From a virus, in the IMG/VR virus record IMGVR_UViG_3300033149_002604, positions 1 to 64,000 of that record: DNA of 64,000 nucleotides; one strand, written 5' to 3'. Of the stretch, positions 47,027 to 55,569 are shown in pieces; position 1 is the stretch's first letter, and each line of letters starts with the position of its first letter. The notes beneath the pieces were generated by a model. That model saw only the letters and a list, made by a program, of their open reading frames with translations. It was not told the origin of the DNA and did not search any database. A program made the position numbers and the translations under genes.

Positions 47027-47218
47027 TTATTCTAATTCCTCTTCAGCTTCTTGCCAAATTTGATCTTCTTCATCTTCTACTACCACTTCATCTTTTGTGG
47101 AAACTTCTGGAACATGCTTAAAGCGTTTCATACACTTGTCACACACCCATACAAATGCTTCGTCTTCTGAAAACTTTAGATTGAATTTGGCCCCACACCT
47201 ATCACATTGAACAACCAT
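47027..47218 (-). CDS. Small Zn-ribbon protein with acidic tail
   Basis: CDRC...CDKC. Confidence 0.6.
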   Translation of the reverse strand: MVVQCDRCGAKFNLKFSEDEAFVWVCDKCMKRFKHVPEVSTKDEVVVEDEEDQIWQEAEEELE

Positions 47219-47245
47219 TTTGACCTTACCCCCTGTTTGATATTT

Positions 47246-47279
47246 AGCCTACGGTCCAAGTAAGGTTGGACCATAGGCT
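47246..47279 (-). terminator. Strong hairpin after the tail tube gene (terminator or mRNA stabiliser)
   Basis: 14-bp stem AGCCTATGGTCCAA/TTGGACCGTAGGCT with one G-U on the - strand; no U-tract. Confidence 0.4.
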
Positions 47280-47293
47280 TGTATCAGGTTATA

Positions 47294-48221
47294 TTATGCT
47301 ACGGAAACTAATCCGTACTTTGCGTTTACACTATCTGCTGGTGTACACACGTTATTAGGATACCAGTCGTGTGAAAGTATCTCTAACACCATTGGACCAC
47401 TCCACCAGTCTTCTGAACTCATGCTCATCCCACCATCTGGCCTGATGGTACATTTGGGAATCATATACACGAAGTCATTTCCAACATCGGTCCTGAAATA
47501 AAGCTGTGCAGAACCGTATGTCAGTGCAGAAGTCATTGGCGTAAATAGTGGTGAACCAGTAATAGCAGATGCTGATTTGTCAGTACCCAGTAAGAACTTC
47601 CTGAAATTAGCTGCATTTATTTCGTCAAATGTGAAGCTAACTGTGATATTCTTCTGAGACACCACCACGTGGTCTTTGATCCTAGCACCAGTTACATCTG
47701 TAATGTAATGCTCTAAATAGGTTACATCAGGATTGATAGATATATCAGTTATATTTCCTATCAAACGGGCAGTAGTTCTAAAGTCCGAACCGACCCCGTT
47801 ACTTGTGCCAGAATCTAATGAAGCATGTGCTACTGACGCTTCAAAGTAAAGCAGTTTCTGTTATCGTGATAGCATTTAACTATCACTTCTTACGGTTTCC
47901 CGCAAGCTCAGACCATATCATCCTCTGTATGTGTGAGAGAGGTCGGGCACTCGTGGGTTGATTATTGACTGGTCTGTCTCACAACCTGGTCGTTGAATCT
48001 TCCCCATACTTCTATGACCTTTCAGGGGCTTGACTGCTGATTACCCAATCCAAGAACTTTTTGAACCATCACGCTTGCCGTTTCCAGCTACGTTGTGGTG
48101 TTCTTGGCTCTAAGGGTGTCCCAGCAATTCACCCGATTTAAAGTGGACCTTACGTAAGTTATTGAAATTATTAAAGATCCACAGCACCTGTCGTGTAATT
48201 TGTATAGCTAATAGTACTCAT
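47294..48221 (-). CDS. Tail tube (major tail) protein, 200 aa, two exons (48221-48177 and 47851-47294)
   Basis: Spliced MSTISYTNYTTGAVD/LYFEAS...IGNITDISINPDV aligns with paralogue NLTVGKAEIYF...LGNIDIANINPDV; RBS AAGGAGAG. Confidence 0.85.
47852..48176 (-). mobile_element. Group I self-splicing intron (325 nt, no internal ORF)
   Basis: P GAATTGCTGGGA, Q AATCAGCAG, R TTCAACGACCA, S GATATGGTCTGA; P1 GTGGAT/GTCCAC with U-G at the 5' splice site; P10 GTAAGG/CTTTAC; terminal G. Confidence 0.9.
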
Positions 48222-48259
48222 TCTTTACTCACTCTCCTTTTAACAAATCCTATGTCAAT

Positions 48260-49180
48260 TTAACAAACCGACTTTAACTCACCGTAAGTACACCCAGCCA
48301 TTTGGTGTACCTCAATATGACATTTTCTACAAAGCGTAATGCAGTTATCTACATCTGCACTTTCTAAAGGTTCTAGTTTAACTGGAAGTATATGATGACA
48401 TTGTAAATCATCTTTACTTCCACACTTTTGGCAAATCCAACCATCTCTTTCAAATACTAATTCTCTAAGTTCCGGTTGAACTTCTCTGTCTAATTTAACA
48501 TCTTTAAAGTTTCGTGGATATTTTATTCTTCTGAAAACAGAACATTTCTGTTTGCATTTTTCAGAACAGTAGAAATGCTGTTCACCTGTCAGATTGTCTT
48601 TTAATGCTTGAACCCTTCTAGTGACATCTTTTAGTTTTGGTGTGAACCATCTCCTACAGTCAGATTCATAACACCGAACCTGCAAGATCTTCTTGTCTTC
48701 AGGATCTCTTCTTACCTCTTCACACCACTCTAGTTGTGGTGCATAAGTGTCATATAGTGGAAGTTGTTTCTTCCACACACCACCTCTCCAATTTGGATTG
48801 TTTCTTGGATCACTTTTCCAACAAATCTTACATACAGGATGACGTTTAAAACTCTTTAATGTAGTAGAGAAAGTGTGTCCCATAGAACACCTGAGAATAA
48901 GCTGAGAGTGATTATTTTTGTATTTTCCACCCACCCATTCACAATTGTGCTCCTTTAAATACTCTTTTACCTCAACTTCTCCCCACTTTGCACATTTTCT
49001 ACATTTGGCACAGCGTTTACCTTGTTTGAATGCATAATATTTAACCCAATACTCGTGTCCTTCAGGACACCTAACTAAAATTTTAGAGTGAGAGTTTACG
49101 TATTCCTTCGACAGAAGTTTATATCCTTCACTCTCTATAAACTCTTTGACTTCATTATATGTAAACTTTCTTCTGCCCAT
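48260..49180 (-). CDS. Free-standing HNH homing endonuclease with N-terminal Zn-ribbon repeats
   Basis: VFERDGWICQKCGS...LQCHHILP...NCITLCRKCHIEVH; CPEGH and CSMGH repeats; NPNWRGG. Confidence 0.88.
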   Translation of the reverse strand: MGRRKFTYNEVKEFIESEGYKLLSKEYVNSHSKILVRCPEGHEYWVKYYAFKQGKRCAKCRKCAKWGEVEVKEYLKEHNCEWVGGKYKNNHSQLILRCSMGHTFSTTLKSFKRHPVCKICWKSDPRNNPNWRGGVWKKQLPLYDTYAPQLEWCEEVRRDPEDKKILQVRCYESDCRRWFTPKLKDVTRRVQALKDNLTGEQHFYCSEKCKQKCSVFRRIKYPRNFKDVKLDREVQPELRELVFERDGWICQKCGSKDDLQCHHILPVKLEPLESADVDNCITLCRKCHIEVHQMAGCTYGELKSVC

Positions 49181-49194
49181 TACATTCTCATTAC

Positions 49195-49764
49195 CTAAAA
49201 CGGCGTTCCAAGCGTTGTGCTTGAAAAGTCTATATACCCAAAATTTGCCTGCGAAGCTGAAGAATCATTATTTACATGATATGTATCGTGATATAACACG
49301 TCTAATATCATGTTACCTTTTACCCAGTCAGTAGACCTTAGTGGAATGTTTCCATCAGCTTTCAAGACACATTTGGGTATAACATACTTGAACTTAGTTC
49401 CAGTATCTGTCATAAACCTTAATATTGCCCGCCCTCGAATTCCTTCTTTTAGCATGACGGGCATCCTACTTGCAGAAGCATCAATACTCCCACCAAGCAG
49501 GTAGTTCTGTAAGTTGTCTTTATTTATTTCATCAAATGTGAAGTTGATTGACAGTCCATTGACGACTGTAAATTCTTCATCCTTCACCTTTTTCCCTTTT
49601 ACACACTTGTAGTGTGTCACGTATGATACATCTGGATTGATATTTGCAATGTCAATATTTCCCAAGCTTACCACTTGGGGTAATGTTCCATATCCTGGTG
49701 ACGCTACACCATCTCTGAAATAAATCTCTGCTTTTCCTACGGTGAGGTTGTCTATGTCGGTCAT
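49195..49764 (-). CDS. Tail tube protein paralogue
   Basis: Shares INPDV.Y..HY, FTFDEIN..N...LLG, F.TD.G..F.Y.IPKC with 47294-48221. Confidence 0.8.
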   Translation of the reverse strand: MTDIDNLTVGKAEIYFRDGVASPGYGTLPQVVSLGNIDIANINPDVSYVTHYKCVKGKKVKDEEFTVVNGLSINFTFDEINKDNLQNYLLGGSIDASASRMPVMLKEGIRGRAILRFMTDTGTKFKYVIPKCVLKADGNIPLRSTDWVKGNMILDVLYHDTYHVNNDSSASQANFGYIDFSSTTLGTPF

Positions 49765-49774
49765 GTAAACTCAC

Positions 49775-50962
49775 CTACAAAATAAACTTCAATGTTTCAT
49801 TATCTTTACCATACTCAAATTTGTACAAATCCAAAATCTTTTCTGGTACTTTCTTCTTTGGAAGCCCTAAAAGGTGTGCATACATCCCCTCAAGACTCCA
49901 AATGAAGTTTTCCATTACCAATTCTTCCCGTTTTTGTTTAATATTTTCCATAACTTCCAGATACCTGCTTTCTAACTGGCTGGTATCCTTTATATCTTCT
50001 ATGTCATCAAATGTAAATCCTATCCCGTGTCTTCTAACATAGTCTTCGGATTGTCTACACCAAGCTGTCAGTGATGGTAAACCAGCATGTAGGTATTCTT
50101 GAAGTTTGTTAGTCATTGTCAGATTTACTTGTCTTTCAGTTGCTTCTTTATTATTGAAGATATGAATTCCATACTTAAATTTGGTTAGTGCTTGCATCAT
50201 TTCATCATAGTCTGTGGGTGGGTACAAGACTGCACCAATAAACTGCAATGTAGTATATGCTGTCATATTTCCACAGAATATGTGAACTTCATTTCCCAAT
50301 TCTACCAACCTTCTAAATATCCAAGCAAGGTTTCTGTAAGGAAATGTCTGGTTTGCAGCAACATCATCTACTGGGTTAATCCCACCTTCATATACTAGAC
50401 CTTTCCGTTTTGGAATATCTTCTTCATTGTATTCTATGATACCTTTATTGCAATAAGGGTATAAAACCATTGTTGGTTTGTTTAATGCGTGAAGTCTTTC
50501 TGTCCTTTGACGAATGGGTTCTGAAACATAAATTAGTGCATCCGCAGCTAAGAACATTTCCCGTTCGTCAATGGGGATTATGCGTTCGAGTCTGCGAATG
50601 GAGTCAAGATCATGGAGGTCGCAGACCAGTTTTACCCTGTCTTGTACTCCCATTTCATTAATCACCTGACGAATCCACACAACAGGCCTATCGGGCTCAT
50701 TTGAGTAATCGAGAATCCTACAACCTATATCAATCATCATTTTTATTAGATTTTTAAATTGTCTCTCATCCTTATACACATGATATGTGTCATAAGATTC
50801 TATTCCATAAGGAACTTTATTTCCTATTCCATGAACCTCATATCCTAATTTCTTTAAAGCCCTTCCTCGCTTCACTACCCTCACGCAGTGGTGCATTCCG
50901 ATCAGGGCTATCTTAAGAGGATTACCATTCTCATCCAAGATTGGTTTTTCATAATCTGTCAT
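49775..50962 (-). CDS. Glycosyltransferase (GT-B fold)
   Basis: LKIALIG...LKKLGYEVH, DLHDL, LVYEGG, MTNKLQEYLHAGLP. Confidence 0.75.
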   Translation of the reverse strand: MTDYEKPILDENGNPLKIALIGMHHCVRVVKRGRALKKLGYEVHGIGNKVPYGIESYDTYHVYKDERQFKNLIKMMIDIGCRILDYSNEPDRPVVWIRQVINEMGVQDRVKLVCDLHDLDSIRRLERIIPIDEREMFLAADALIYVSEPIRQRTERLHALNKPTMVLYPYCNKGIIEYNEEDIPKRKGLVYEGGINPVDDVAANQTFPYRNLAWIFRRLVELGNEVHIFCGNMTAYTTLQFIGAVLYPPTDYDEMMQALTKFKYGIHIFNNKEATERQVNLTMTNKLQEYLHAGLPSLTAWCRQSEDYVRRHGIGFTFDDIEDIKDTSQLESRYLEVMENIKQKREELVMENFIWSLEGMYAHLLGLPKKKVPEKILDLYKFEYGKDNETLKFIL

Positions 50963-50971
50963 AATTAACTC

Positions 50972-51757
50972 CTAATAATCGAATTTATATCCATAAATAT
51001 GTTCTATTTCTTCAGGACATGGACCAACAAAATCTAAAAAATCTCCCGTCTTGTTGGTAGCAAACCTTATTGTATTACAAGATGGTTGTCTTGTACATGT
51101 CAGTCCCATTTTACAGAATTTTTCTACTACAAATTCTACATCTTCAATCGGAAATCCTTCACTACAAATTCTAACATACTTCTTGTTGTGACTACATTTG
51201 CTTAAGCTGCCGTCTCCTATATACCAGTGAAGAACTATTGTTGGTGTCAGTTCTAAGTCTCTTGGAATTATTTTCTTTCCATTTTTATACATATATCTCC
51301 TAATATCTAACAATTCTACATAATGCTTCGTCCAGTATTGATAATAAACTGCACCACTTTTTTTGTGTACAAACCTATTAATTTTTCCCATAGTTTCTAT
51401 GTTGTTCTTTTCAAAGACACTCTTGATGTATAAAACAATATCTAAATATTTAGATGAGTGAGAGTATGATGCTGTACGTTGTATATTTTTCTTATCTGAT
51501 ACACTAAAGATTCCACCATCTCCCAAAACATTTCCCTGTATGAACTCCATCATTTCATCGGAAATTGTTATCGGAGGATTTTTTCTACAGAGAAAAAGAG
51601 TTTCAGACAAACTTCGTATTGGAATATCATTTTTTATTAAATGTTTACGAATCGTAGATGATGCCACACCTACCAATTTTGCCATTTCTGTTTGGTTCAA
51701 TTTCTCAACAACATACTTCTGATATAACCAATCTTTATCTTTCCACAATTTGTTCAT
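50972..51757 (-). CDS. Free-standing LAGLIDADG homing endonuclease with N-terminal HTH
   Basis: EFIQGNVLGDGGI and LHWYIGDGSL motifs; WLYQKY...EMAKLVGVASSTI HTH; G-rich RBS before ATG 51757. Confidence 0.85.
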   Translation of the reverse strand: MNKLWKDKDWLYQKYVVEKLNQTEMAKLVGVASSTIRKHLIKNDIPIRSLSETLFLCRKNPPITISDEMMEFIQGNVLGDGGIFSVSDKKNIQRTASYSHSSKYLDIVLYIKSVFEKNNIETMGKINRFVHKKSGAVYYQYWTKHYVELLDIRRYMYKNGKKIIPRDLELTPTIVLHWYIGDGSLSKCSHNKKYVRICSEGFPIEDVEFVVEKFCKMGLTCTRQPSCNTIRFATNKTGDFLDFVGPCPEEIEHIYGYKFDY

Positions 51758-51762
51758 TTTAT

Positions 51763-51838
51763 CCCCCCATTCAGGATCATGCTGGTTGGGGAGTGGAATG
51801 GGCACTCCCCACTTAAGGTTGATCAGACCTTTTCCAGC
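51763..51838 (-). promoter_or_regulatory. Structured RNA leader (3-way junction with two potential pseudoknots) over the endonuclease RBS
   Basis: GCTGG/CCAGC; AAGGT/ACCTT; TGGGGAGTG/CACTCCCCA; loop CCCATTC complementary to GAATGGG at the RBS; loop GATCA complementary to TGATC. Confidence 0.6.
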
Positions 51839-52255
51839 CTAAAGTTTAACGTATCGTATCTTAAAATTACATGTAACTAACAGAAATTCATCCTCTTCCC
51901 ATCCAACGGGAATTGGAGCAGACTGAATTGCGAACACCTTTCCAGGTGTACTTGCACACACATCTTCATTTGTGTGTAAAAGATCAATCAATGCTTGCCC
52001 TGCTTTTAGGGAAGAATGAATTCCTTTTCCTTTAATTCTTATCTGGAAATTAGCTTCCCTTCTGTAGTTATCTACATTTGGTGGTAGTCCACCATAAGGG
52101 ATTATAGTAACAGTTGTAGCAGTGGTCTGTGGTTCATATACAACAAACAGGTTGTTTCCAAGACTTAATGTAGTCCCAAGCACTACATTGACTTCTTGTG
52201 TAGCATTTAAGTTATTAAGATAATTGGCAACTTCCCTAACTATTATCTCTGCCAT
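51839..52255 (-). CDS. Tail terminator / tail completion protein
   Basis: YGGLPP...FQIRIKG...QSAPIPVG...TCNF pattern; position upstream of tail tube genes. Confidence 0.7.
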   Translation of the reverse strand: MAEIIVREVANYLNNLNATQEVNVVLGTTLSLGNNLFVVYEPQTTATTVTIIPYGGLPPNVDNYRREANFQIRIKGKGIHSSLKAGQALIDLLHTNEDVCASTPGKVFAIQSAPIPVGWEEDEFLLVTCNFKIRYVKL

Positions 52256-52263
52256 AAGACCAC

Positions 52264-52953
52264 CTACAGTATGAATTGCCCACCAAGTGTGATTTTGTTC
52301 CACCCAATTGCATCAAGCTGTCTATGAACCAGTTCAACTACATCGGTTGTATATTTGGTATATTTCCTCTTTCTTATCCTTGAAATCCCTTTTATGTCGG
52401 TTTCTATATCCCACGGATTCACTATATTCTTAATCAAATTTGTATATTCACCAACACGTTCATTCCAAGCAAATTCCAAATACTTGGGTCCGGTATAGGG
52501 TTTTGTGGCTACCGGAATCCCAAGTAAATGGACTGGTTTAGGTCGTGGTACATAAGGAAGTAGGACTTCATGTGCCCATACAGCTATGTCTTTTCCTTCT
52601 TCGTTGGTTCGTCTGAAGGAAACATTCCCAAATACCCTTGCTTTTCTTCCCATTCCTTTTACTGTTTTTGAATTTATCCTTCCCAAATCTGCTTCAACAG
52701 TATCATTAGGGAAAGCACTAGATGCTTTCCCAACCACAAATCTTTGATAAAAGCTAGTAGTTACTGAAGCAGTTCCACTTGCACGAAGCTGACCTGTGTC
52801 GTAGGGTGTTCTAGGGAGGGTATAAGCCAACAGGTCTACCATGATTACACCTACTGTTCTTATGACACGCAGCTTTATATAGTCTTCAACAACACGCAAG
52901 TTCTTCTGTAATATTTCAAGTTCACGTAGATTTAATCCCAGCTTCTTTGCCAA
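52264..52953 (-). CDS. Neck protein (HK97 gp10-like)
   Basis: TPYDTGQLRASG, AVWAHE, GPKYLE. Confidence 0.65.
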   Translation of the reverse strand: MAKKLGLNLRELEILQKNLRVVEDYIKLRVIRTVGVIMVDLLAYTLPRTPYDTGQLRASGTASVTTSFYQRFVVGKASSAFPNDTVEADLGRINSKTVKGMGRKARVFGNVSFRRTNEEGKDIAVWAHEVLLPYVPRPKPVHLLGIPVATKPYTGPKYLEFAWNERVGEYTNLIKNIVNPWDIETDIKGISRIRKRKYTKYTTDVVELVHRQLDAIGWNKITLGGQFIL

Positions 52954-53697
52954 TTATTCCACCAGCCTAGTTCCACAGTGTGGGCAGTACTTATATGAAG
53001 ATTTATTTGACTTACCACAAGTTTTACACTTAATCTTTTCCCGTGTGGTGATAGGAACCTTCACGTTTCCTTCAGATGCCTTTCCTTTTAGCTTTATAGT
53101 GATAACGTGTTTGGTTTGTTCTAGTAAAGGAACATTTACTTCAGTAAAACTTTGATGTTCATCCGAACCATCAACTGTTATTCCTTCATCATTGGTACTG
53201 GTCAAACCGTCTGAACAATAGTAATAACTAAACCCACTAGAAGAACATCTTACATAGTATTTATCCGATGTGTATTTATATTCCACTGGGGGATACCAAT
53301 TAAATTCCCAGTATGGTGTACGATATTTGCTCCATTCATATATATACCATTTATCATCTTCAAACTGGTATTCTATTCTAATTATCCCATCATCAGGTCT
53401 GTCTTCTCTGTTTTTAGAAACTTCTTCAGTTTTTTCTATAAACTTAAACTTCTTACTTACTTCCTTGCCTTTTATTCTTCCTTTCAGTTCAAACGAAGAA
53501 TTTCCATCTATCAAGATTTTTCCATCTGTCACATTTTCCCCATCAATATCAACACTAACCACAACCTTACGTGAATCTAGATTTTTCATCAGAATGGAAT
53601 ACTCGGAACCAAATGGTAGCCTTACTATTCCATCAATTTCCCTTAAGATTTTTCCATCACATTTTACTACAGCAACAAAATTGTCTTTAAACACCAT
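52954..53697 (-). CDS. Hypothetical protein with C-terminal Zn ribbon
   Basis: LPFGSEYSILMKN; CKTCGK...YCPHCGT; RBS AGGAGG. Confidence 0.75.
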   Translation of the reverse strand: MVFKDNFVAVVKCDGKILREIDGIVRLPFGSEYSILMKNLDSRKVVVSVDIDGENVTDGKILIDGNSSFELKGRIKGKEVSKKFKFIEKTEEVSKNREDRPDDGIIRIEYQFEDDKWYIYEWSKYRTPYWEFNWYPPVEYKYTSDKYYVRCSSSGFSYYYCSDGLTSTNDEGITVDGSDEHQSFTEVNVPLLEQTKHVITIKLKGKASEGNVKVPITTREKIKCKTCGKSNKSSYKYCPHCGTRLVE

Positions 53698-53782
53698 AAT
53701 ATCATCCTCCTTTGATTTTTATTTAGGCGTTCGGCTGAAGCCTGGGAAGTTTAGAGCCGATGGATCAAACCATTATGGTTAG

Positions 53783-53950
53783 CTACACATTTTCCAATTT
53801 CTTCTTTAGACTGTCCAGCATATGATAAACCCTAAGCAGTTCCTGTCGTTTAGCATTTAGGAGTTCTTCAGCATGTTTTGCATTATTTCTATAGACCAAA
53901 GCCCCTACTATGAAGCCAATTACCAAACCAACGACAAAATTCAATATCAT
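53783..53950 (-). CDS. 55-aa membrane-anchored protein
   Basis: Hand translation MILNFVVGLVIGFIVGALVYRNN...KKKLENV*. Confidence 0.55.
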   Translation of the reverse strand: MILNFVVGLVIGFIVGALVYRNNAKHAEELLNAKRQELLRVYHMLDSLKKKLENV

Positions 53951-53965
53951 TCTAATTAAAACCCC

Positions 53966-54280
53966 CTAAACCAAATAAAGTTTGGTATGGTCATGCACAC
54001 CAGATAATGTATACCGTTTTTCAATTCCAACTATCTTATATGTTTCTGAATCCTTAACTATTTCATATGTACTTTCAATATTGTAATCGGGAAGAATCCA
54101 CACTTCTACCCGTGCTTGTCTTAATTTTGCATCTTTATCAGCAATTACCTTGACTGTCTCTATCCATCTACACGGAACATCTTTATAGACTATGGTTCGT
54201 GTTGAATCGCCGTAGCCATCAAGTGTAGTTGAATAGACCATATCAATAGTTTGGTTAAGTAATCCTGATATAAGACTCAT
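53966..54280 (-). CDS. Head closure / head-tail joining protein
   Basis: Size, DGYG...VPCR pattern, position in neck module. Confidence 0.7.
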   Translation of the reverse strand: MSLISGLLNQTIDMVYSTTLDGYGDSTRTIVYKDVPCRWIETVKVIADKDAKLRQARVEVWILPDYNIESTYEIVKDSETYKIVGIEKRYTLSGVHDHTKLYLV

Positions 54281-54487
54281 TTACCTTCTTTTCTTCCTTC
54301 CACCATATTTCCTGAATGTTCTAGCCAAGACAGCCATCCGTTTTACCCTTGTGTTCTTCGATCTTAAACCTTCGGCAATACAGCTTTTTGTTACACCTTT
54401 ATATCCTCTACTGATACACCACCTACGGAAGGCTCCAGGCCGTTTGACACTTGACTGCATCCATTTCTTACTTCTCTTTCTTGCCAT
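54281..54487 (-). CDS. Small highly basic protein
   Basis: Very Arg/Lys-rich; KRPGAFR; RBS AGGAGG. Confidence 0.65.
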   Translation of the reverse strand: MARKRSKKWMQSSVKRPGAFRRWCISRGYKGVTKSCIAEGLRSKNTRVKRMAVLARTFRKYGGRKKRR

Positions 54488-54514
54488 CTTACATAATTCG
54501 CCTCCTTAAAAAGA

Positions 54515-55546
54515 TTACGCCCTAGCGTATCTAGTTCGTTTTCTCATAAATCCAGATAAAAGTTTTTTAGCTATTGGTGAAATGGGTAATTTTGCAAGGT
54601 TACTAGGATCAAAATCTACCCTAGTATCACCAATTCTTACTACCCTAGCACCCATTTCCTTATACCCAACCAATGAATCTAAGTTAGCGTTTCTAACAAG
54701 AAATTCTGCCTGTTCACATTGTGCCGCCTTTACCCTGTCATCAATCGGTGCGAATATTATGAATTCAGTGTTAGTAGTTGGTGTGGCTGTGAAAGATGGA
54801 TTCACAACTATCTTACCATTAGTAGAATCTGAAGAAACAATCTGTCTAATATCATATAAAGGTGTTCCTTCTGTTATGTGACAGGTTCCATACTTCCAAT
54901 AGTTGTCTGGGTATTCACCATAAGTTGTGGAATAAAGTCCACTGTTTTTGAAAGAAGTAGCAGTGATCGGTGTAGCGGGATTTCCTGTTACCGTTTCATG
55001 ATCATCCCTTGGGAATTGTAATGCTTGTGATTCGTAGTACCTGGCACCAGTGAAGTTGAATGTATCAATTACCCTAGCAGCTTCAACTAACACCCTTCGT
55101 TTTCCTTCGTCTGTAAGTGTATCCCATAGGTCAGAATGTCTGTATTTGTTTCTTATATACTTGTTTGCTTCCCGTAGCGTAACGTAAGAATTTGAAGTAG
55201 ATCCACCTATATATGTAACTAACGAAGTGTTTCCAAACACTTCACATTTTACGTAACTTATATAGGTGTATCCATTTGTTGATTCTGCTTTTATTTTTAT
55301 AGTATATGTAACATCTGCTGTACCACCAGCTATGTCAAAGCTTATATTCGGTGAAGACACAGAAATATTACTGATCATTGAGCTGGTGGTATCAGTACCT
55401 TCATCATCTTCTATGGTTATAGTAGCAGAAGAGAGGGTATCTCCATCTGTCAAATCATCTGAAAAAGACTTTTCTATTGTAAATTTCTCTTCTGGGTATT
55501 TATAGAAATAGTTGACAGAGCCATCCATTTTCATGAGGTAAAACAC
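54515..55546 (-). CDS. Head-tail adaptor (DnaT-like/gp15-type) with extra N-terminal domain
   Basis: SNSYVTLREANKY, QALQFPR, VKAAQCEQA, AKKLLSGF. Confidence 0.7.
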   Translation of the reverse strand: MFYLMKMDGSVNYFYKYPEEKFTIEKSFSDDLTDGDTLSSATITIEDDEGTDTTSSMISNISVSSPNISFDIAGGTADVTYTIKIKAESTNGYTYISYVKCEVFGNTSLVTYIGGSTSNSYVTLREANKYIRNKYRHSDLWDTLTDEGKRRVLVEAARVIDTFNFTGARYYESQALQFPRDDHETVTGNPATPITATSFKNSGLYSTTYGEYPDNYWKYGTCHITEGTPLYDIRQIVSSDSTNGKIVVNPSFTATPTTNTEFIIFAPIDDRVKAAQCEQAEFLVRNANLDSLVGYKEMGARVVRIGDTRVDFDPSNLAKLPISPIAKKLLSGFMRKRTRYARA

Positions 55547-55569
55547 ATCCTTTAGATATTTCTACTTCT

